Origin: an uncultured Bacteriovoracaceae bacterium
Lineage (GTDB): Bacteria > Bdellovibrionota > UBA2428
NCBI GenBank assembly: GCA_964477895.1
Contig: CAYZFQ010000001.1
Span: 343,750 to 407,749, forward strand
DNA: 64,000 bases
Reading direction: 5' to 3'
This document shows, piece after piece, positions 58,572 through 64,000 of the stretch. The position numbers and the translations under genes are program-made. Numbering within the stretch: the first letter of the stretch is position 1; each line of letters opens with the position of its first letter. Below the pieces are notes generated by a model. It saw only the letters and a program-made list of their open reading frames with translations, ran no database searches and was not told the DNA's origin.

Positions 58572-59669
58572 ATGTGGTTGAAACTCCTAATGACTTCTTT
58601 TTGTTTTTCACCACTAGTGTTGCACGCCCAGACCGACATTCATAAGTTTCGTTTACAAGAGATCAGCTTTCAGTACACATCCACTTTGCCGGGGGTCGGA
58701 CGCTGTTTACAGTGGCTGCCGCTTGACGAAGACAACGCTCGACCCACCTTGGAATACGACGCTCAGGGGAATCCGTTTCTTCGAGCGAATGTGCGCGCTC
58801 GAGTGAGTGGAGACTGTCGGATAAAAATTGAAAATCAAAGCGCCATGAAGATTCTGGACCGAGAAGGCGAAATCGCCTCCTTTGAGGTTAGAGTATTGCC
58901 ACCGGCAACTCGCGTGGTTGTGAGTGGGAAAGATTTTCGTGACGAGCTTTTGCTAGAAGCCCCAATAAAAAAAATTGAAGAAACAAGTTTCCTAACAGTT
59001 TTTCGCAGATCCCGAGTGGCTTTTGAGACACGCTATGCGCGACTTAGCACCACAAATTCCGTTGCTCAAAAGTCGGCCACTATTTTTCCTGTGTTCGGTG
59101 GAGTATTCGTTTTTCCTCTGTGGGGGAATTTTCACTCTGGCTTTTCCATTTTTAATAATCTCGGTAATCTCAGCTCAAATAAACTCGTAGATGTTCAATA
59201 TAGTGAATTCGCCTTTGATGTGCGTTATTTGTTTCAACCTATTTCGAGAAATCCAGACTCTTTACTTTTGACTCCGGTGTTGGACTATAGGGGGCGAAAT
59301 ATTTATCAGACAAGCTTTACCCGCCCCTTCATTATTGGCTCAGTGGCACTGCCTGGATTTGGTTTTGATCTCCAAAGCTTTCCGTTTTTGAGTGCGAACG
59401 GAACTTCATCCAAGTTGAGGAACTTGGCATTAGACTTTTCGACCCGACTTTATTTAGGGGGAAGGGTGGGCGGCAGACCCTATCGTGCCTACCTTTACGA
59501 CATTGCGGTAGGCTATAAAGTAAATAAGAAATGGGCGCTCAGTTTGGGTTATGCGAGTCTCAACCAACAAGCGACTTTTTCAGGGGTAACAGCGACAAAA
59601 GTGACGGAGAAAATGAGCAGCGTCTTTGCGCGAATCAGCCTCATTCCCTACAGCCGAGGTCCCAAATGA
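58572..59669 (+). CDS. hypothetical secreted beta-rich protein, 365 aa
   Basis: Signal peptide MWLKLLMTSFCFSPLVLHAQT. ATGA coupling to the next gene. Confidence 0.5.
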   Translation: MWLKLLMTSFCFSPLVLHAQTDIHKFRLQEISFQYTSTLPGVGRCLQWLPLDEDNARPTLEYDAQGNPFLRANVRARVSGDCRIKIENQSAMKILDREGEIASFEVRVLPPATRVVVSGKDFRDELLLEAPIKKIEETSFLTVFRRSRVAFETRYARLSTTNSVAQKSATIFPVFGGVFVFPLWGNFHSGFSIFNNLGNLSSNKLVDVQYSEFAFDVRYLFQPISRNPDSLLLTPVLDYRGRNIYQTSFTRPFIIGSVALPGFGFDLQSFPFLSANGTSSKLRNLALDFSTRLYLGGRVGGRPYRAYLYDIAVGYKVNKKWALSLGYASLNQQATFSGVTATKVTEKMSSVFARISLIPYSRGPK

Positions 59670-60871
59670 TTCTTTTGAAACCTAGGTGTTATTTCCTTCT
59701 TTTAGGCCTAATTTTTGGGGCGCCCACATATGCTCAAGATCGGATAGCTTCTCGAGCCCCAAGGGGAACGTCGACGACTTCTTCCTATGTGCCAGCCCCA
59801 GATACTCCTCAAAGGTTTCGTTCGCAAAAAACCTGGCAAGGCAGTCGGTGGTATGTGTTGGGGCGCCTCTTTGATGCGAATAAAATTCAATGGATCGATG
59901 GAGGGATTTCTGAAATAAAATGGGATTCCCGGACCTGCTCCCCCGCGCGACTGGCGACACTACACCAAAGTAATTTTCAGATTCGTCGTGGCGAAGGCGC
60001 GGGGCTCAATCTGGAAATTCTCAAAAGCCGCGATTGGGTAGCTATAGAGGTGAACCCGGCTTATCTTAAAGAGGAATTTATAGTGAGCGTGGGATCTGCC
60101 GGGCGGGAGAATGCGTGCACGGGCATTGTGGCCATGACCTACATTTGGGATGCGGCTCAGGGAACTACTCAACCCCTCTTTTTCATATCGAAAACAGGCA
60201 ATCGATATTTTGGTAGTGAATTTTTGATCGAGAGCTCCGAATTTGAAGAACGAGCCGATATCCAATTGGATCTCCTGCTGGGTATCTCTCACAATCGCTT
60301 TCCAAATGCGGCGGCGGGAACAAAGTCTTCACTCATTTTCGCTCCCAACGCCATCGCTCGAGGTGAATGGCAGGTGCCTACCTTGCCTCAACTGGGGCTC
60401 ACCCTTGGACTCAGTCAAACGGTAGCCAGCATTGGGGGGGTAGCGAATCAAAACGCTCTCTATTCGGATTGGGCCCTGGGTTTGTTTTACCAAAAGATGT
60501 TGCGTGTGAGAGATGGTTTGCAGCTCCGAGCTTCACTGCGTTTTGCCCAACATTTATCAGACGACAATCAAACTTTGAGCACGATCGCGACTGCTAATAA
60601 AAATGCTCAGTATTTTATTTGGGGCTTTCTCGCCCAGATCTACCACTCTGAGCGTTGGTTAACTGGAGCGGAGTTAAGCTATGGCCTTCCCAATTCAATG
60701 GCGGGCCGAGGTGTGAAGCAGAGTTACATGAGTGCCCTGGCCCGCTTGGGTGTGAGAATGACCACCTCAATGTTTTTGATTTCGGAAGTAGATTATCAAT
60801 CCTTTATGGCGGCCACTTACAACCCCGAGACACAGCTTGCCGTCAATTTGGGCATGCGACTTGAGCTTTGA
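59666..60871 (+). CDS. hypothetical outer-membrane-like beta-rich protein, about 401 aa
   Basis: Signal peptide MILLKPRCYFLLLGLIFGAPTYAQD. Alternating hydrophobic pattern at the C-terminus (LAVNLGMRLEL). Confidence 0.5.
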   Translation: MILLKPRCYFLLLGLIFGAPTYAQDRIASRAPRGTSTTSSYVPAPDTPQRFRSQKTWQGSRWYVLGRLFDANKIQWIDGGISEIKWDSRTCSPARLATLHQSNFQIRRGEGAGLNLEILKSRDWVAIEVNPAYLKEEFIVSVGSAGRENACTGIVAMTYIWDAAQGTTQPLFFISKTGNRYFGSEFLIESSEFEERADIQLDLLLGISHNRFPNAAAGTKSSLIFAPNAIARGEWQVPTLPQLGLTLGLSQTVASIGGVANQNALYSDWALGLFYQKMLRVRDGLQLRASLRFAQHLSDDNQTLSTIATANKNAQYFIWGFLAQIYHSERWLTGAELSYGLPNSMAGRGVKQSYMSALARLGVRMTTSMFLISEVDYQSFMAATYNPETQLAVNLGMRLEL

Positions 60872-60875
60872 TTCC

Positions 60876-62615
60876 CTAAAAACTTTGATCGAGGCTCGAA
60901 AAGCCCCTTTGTAACATGCCAAGGACATCTGGGTTTAGGAGGGCGAGATTTTTGAGCTGGGCATGCGAGGCCTCTTTTAGAGATTGTAGACTTAAATCTA
61001 TCAAAGAAAGTTCAAAGATCTCGTAAGTGAGAAGCCAGTCGAGAGGAAATTGCTGCTCAAGTTTTTTTACGATCTTGAAGAGTTCGGAGGCCCGCTCAGC
61101 GACGTGACCGCTTTGGCGAATGTCGCGAACCTGGGAATAGAGCTCGTTTAGTTCGAGATTAGCAGGGGTAAGATTTGTTTTTGCAGAAAGATTTTGTGAT
61201 ACCCCAAGATAGTCGGGGGATATCGGCGCAAAGCGACTGCGGTCAGCGGCATCACCAAATACTGAAATAACTCTTTCCCCGCATGCTAGGTCAAAGGACC
61301 CCCAACTCGGATCAAAGAGCGTTTCCCCACCTAGCGTAACGCGACAATTTTTCAGTTGCACAAATAGGTTTTTCCCGGCGCGTTTGAGGTGCTTTACGTA
61401 AGATCCCTTAACTTCGATGCCGGAGGCAAAAATAAAGTGGGCTTTGCGAAGTTCGGCTTCAGTTAAAGCCGTGAGAGGAGCCGAGAAGTTTTTCAAAGGT
61501 CCCAGTGGAGTGCTGAAACCCATAGGGTGATGTGGGGGGCCTTGGTCAGGTAGTTCATGATCTTCAAAAGAGAGTTGGCAGGGGCCGGAATATTTTAAAA
61601 AGCAGGGGAGGGATTCATGAGTGCGAAAAGATTCCAACATTCCCGAAATTTGCAGCCCACTGTCGAACACCGTTGTGCTGAGGGCTCGTGCAGATCGGGC
61701 GCGTTCAATGGCGATAAGGCCACCCATACGGAACGACATTTTTTGAGAAAGTTCTTCCAAGGCATTCTCGAGAACTTGAAAATCTTGAGCTACAAAAAGT
61801 TGCGGTTGGGGTTTGGTGATGTCAAAATCTTGGCCAATAACCTCCAAGCTAAAGGGAATTTTAGGCACCTGGGGTCCTAAGCAGTGAAAGGACTCTTGTA
61901 CTGAGGATAAAAGACCGGCTCCGTAAATTTTGGGATCTTGCAGATCTCCCACAAGCCCATATTCAAAAGTCCACCATCCCATCCGGGATACCTGGGTCGC
62001 CTCGCTCACAAAAGTTATGGAGTCAATGGCAGCTTTGAGAGCCCTTTCGGCCTGGGCAATCATAGTCGGAGTCGATAACGGATTTTCCTTGATATCAGAG
62101 AGTCTGCGAATGGCATTATATACGGTGAGATCTTCGGAGGAATAAATGGCTTTGCGAGCCAATTCACCATAGCTTCGAAGGTAACGGGCATATTCTGGAT
62201 CAGCCAGAATGGGGGCGTGTCCTGCGGCTTCGTGAACAATATCTGGGGCCGGTGTATAAGCTAAGTGTTCCAGGGTCCGCATCTCGCAGGCAATGGGCAG
62301 CACACCCAAAGCAAAAAATTCCATAAAGGCCCCGGGCGGTATAAATCCACTCACGGGTACGGCGCGCCAACCGAAGCGGCGCAATTTTTCATCAATTTCG
62401 GAAATCAAAGGAATTTGTTCGGTATGAATCCCAGTTTCTTCGAGTCCACGCAGATATTTCTCATGCGCATGGTCTTTAAAAAAATGTTGGGAAAGTTTTA
62501 GAATAAAACGCCATCCCGCATGATCCATGGGGGTGTAGAGTTCAGGGCGTTGAGTCGCAATGTGAATACGTAGATGTGGAGGAATTTCTGAAAAAGCTCC
62601 GCCCGTTTGCTCCAT
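60876..62615 (-). CDS. phhA: biopterin-dependent aromatic amino acid hydroxylase (phenylalanine-4-hydroxylase-like) with about 280-aa C-terminal extension, 579 aa
   Basis: Iron-binding PDIVHEAAGHAPILADP (His-x4-His). WWTFEYGL, KIYGAGLLSS and IPLISEIDEKLRRFGW closely match bacterial PAH motifs. The C-terminal half has no match that I recognise. Confidence 0.7.
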   Translation of the reverse strand: MEQTGGAFSEIPPHLRIHIATQRPELYTPMDHAGWRFILKLSQHFFKDHAHEKYLRGLEETGIHTEQIPLISEIDEKLRRFGWRAVPVSGFIPPGAFMEFFALGVLPIACEMRTLEHLAYTPAPDIVHEAAGHAPILADPEYARYLRSYGELARKAIYSSEDLTVYNAIRRLSDIKENPLSTPTMIAQAERALKAAIDSITFVSEATQVSRMGWWTFEYGLVGDLQDPKIYGAGLLSSVQESFHCLGPQVPKIPFSLEVIGQDFDITKPQPQLFVAQDFQVLENALEELSQKMSFRMGGLIAIERARSARALSTTVFDSGLQISGMLESFRTHESLPCFLKYSGPCQLSFEDHELPDQGPPHHPMGFSTPLGPLKNFSAPLTALTEAELRKAHFIFASGIEVKGSYVKHLKRAGKNLFVQLKNCRVTLGGETLFDPSWGSFDLACGERVISVFGDAADRSRFAPISPDYLGVSQNLSAKTNLTPANLELNELYSQVRDIRQSGHVAERASELFKIVKKLEQQFPLDWLLTYEIFELSLIDLSLQSLKEASHAQLKNLALLNPDVLGMLQRGFSSLDQSF

Positions 62616-62629
62616 ACCACGAGCCTAGC

Positions 62630-63970
62630 TTAAGCAAAGAGAGCAAGCCAATGGCCGAAGTGACGCTTTGCGCGCGTCACAAGCTTTTGTTTCTTTTCTT
62701 TGTCTCGTTCGTCAATGCCGCTGAGCGGAACGAGCCCCCAGTTGATATTCATGGGTTGAAAATTCTTAATTTTGCCGTTTACAATAGCGTGAGCCAGGGC
62801 GCCCAGAGCTGTTGTGGCGGGAGGCAGGGGCACCTCTTCCATTCCCTTTAAACGCCGTCCCAACATTTTTCCCACTAAGGCCCCAATGGCCGTACTTTCC
62901 AAATACCCCTCCACACCAGTGATTTGGCCTGCAAACATTAAATGAGGAAAGCCTTTCAAGCGAAAGTTGCTATCTAGAAGTGCGGGGGAGGAAATATAGG
63001 TGTTGCGATGCAAACTGCCAAAACGATAAAATTCAGCTTGGGCGAGTCCAGGAATTAACGAAAAAACTTTTTTCTGCTCAGAGTATTTAAGTTTGGTTTG
63101 GAAACCCACCATATTCCATGAGCGGCCTTCTGCATCTTCCTTTCGAAGCTGCACCACTGCGTAGGGACGGGAATTGCTACGAGGATCGGACAAGCCGACC
63201 GGTTTCATTGGGCCAAAAGCTAGGGTGCGCCGACCGCGCTCCAATAAGGCCTCGATGGGTTGGCAGCCCTGAAAGTAAATGGCTTTCTCGAAGTCTTGGA
63301 ATTCCACTTTTTCGGCTTTTGCCAGGGCATCGATAAAGGCTTCATATTCCCCCTCGTTGAGGGGGCAATTGAGATAGTCGCCATCGTCACTCGAACCCTC
63401 AGCACCTTTGTCGTGACGATTTTGCATAAAGGCGATGCTGCGATCGATACTTTCACCCGAAATGATAGGTGCAATGGCATCATAAAAATAAAGTTGTTCC
63501 CCGATCACCTTTTTAAGGCTTTGGGCAAGGTCTTTAGCGGTGAGGGGACCTGTCGCTATCACCACAGGTTTCAAGAGGCCTCCTTCGCTGGGAATTAACA
63601 CTTCTTCCAAATGAACAACGGGCTCTCGAATTAAGGTGATGAAGGAGTTTTTTTCGAGTGCCTGAGTAATTTGCTGACTGAATTTATCGCGGTCAACGGC
63701 CAGCGCCTGACCTGCCGGAACCCGATTATCCATGGCTGATTGGAGGACTAAGGAGTGAAGAGCCTCAAGCTCAAATTTGAGTTGGCCAGGTGCGGATTCA
63801 GCATCCAAGGATTTGAGAGAATTGCTACACACAAGTTCGGCGCAAAGGGAACCTGTGTGAGCCTCAGTGCTACGCTGAGGTCGTTGTTCAATAAGGGCTA
63901 CGCGTAAACCCATTTGTGCAAGCTGCCACGCACATTCGGAGCCGGCCAAGCCTGCTCCAACTACGATCAC
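62630..63970 (-). CDS. trmFO: methylenetetrahydrofolate--tRNA-(uracil54-C5)-methyltransferase TrmFO (Gid), 446 aa
   Basis: N-terminal FAD fold MIVVGAGLAGSECAWQLA. Length and overall pattern typical of TrmFO. Confidence 0.85.
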   Translation of the reverse strand: MIVVGAGLAGSECAWQLAQMGLRVALIEQRPQRSTEAHTGSLCAELVCSNSLKSLDAESAPGQLKFELEALHSLVLQSAMDNRVPAGQALAVDRDKFSQQITQALEKNSFITLIREPVVHLEEVLIPSEGGLLKPVVIATGPLTAKDLAQSLKKVIGEQLYFYDAIAPIISGESIDRSIAFMQNRHDKGAEGSSDDGDYLNCPLNEGEYEAFIDALAKAEKVEFQDFEKAIYFQGCQPIEALLERGRRTLAFGPMKPVGLSDPRSNSRPYAVVQLRKEDAEGRSWNMVGFQTKLKYSEQKKVFSLIPGLAQAEFYRFGSLHRNTYISSPALLDSNFRLKGFPHLMFAGQITGVEGYLESTAIGALVGKMLGRRLKGMEEVPLPPATTALGALAHAIVNGKIKNFQPMNINWGLVPLSGIDERDKEKKQKLVTRAKRHFGHWLALFA

Positions 63971-64000
63971 ATCGGAGGGAGTGGATTTGAGCTGGCCGTG

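Noticed and set aside
1-64000. CRISPR arrays, rRNA genes, prophage or integrase signatures
   Set aside because: No regularly spaced direct repeats, no rRNA-like conserved stretches, and no integrase, terminase or capsid genes were seen anywhere in the window.

Overview
The window is a roughly 50% GC chromosomal segment that reads like a Bdellovibrio-like predatory deltaproteobacterium; the organism assignment is inference from gene content only. Housekeeping genes are lepA, the pyrB-carA-carB operon, greA, recG, tatA, rarD, suhB, ansA, two tandem flagellin genes with FliA-type promoters, rsmH-ftsL-ftsI-murE, asnS and a citrate synthase gene (gltA), together with genes for a biopterin-type phenylalanine-hydroxylase-like enzyme and TrmFO. 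The accessory content is richer. The main system is a compact Tad/Flp pilus locus at 35.9-43.5 kb with three Flp pilins, two TadE-like pseudopilins, CpaB, a CpaC secretin, a TadZ-TadA fusion ATPase and a single TadB/C. Directly after it come a YD-repeat secreted protein and a small Gln/Gly-rich secreted protein that together resemble the Bdellovibrio host-interaction (hit) locus, then a four-gene operon of large secreted proteins and lipoproteins of unknown function. Upstream of the pilus genes lie secreted hydrolases (a CHAP-like protein with a translationally coupled periplasmic partner, and an M4/M36-like zinc-metalloprotease lipoprotein) that share a 16-nt upstream motif. The 5' end of the window (1-1.7 kb) is an AT-rich islet with an RHH protein and two divergently arranged paralogous mini-genes for polybasic-tailed membrane peptides, separated by a perfect 14-bp-stem palindrome. 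A 29-nt motif with tandem CCTCAAC heptads and two long poly-C tracts recur in intergenic regions. A lone IS200/RAYT-like tyrosine transposase gene is also present. No rRNA, tRNA or CRISPR array was recognised.
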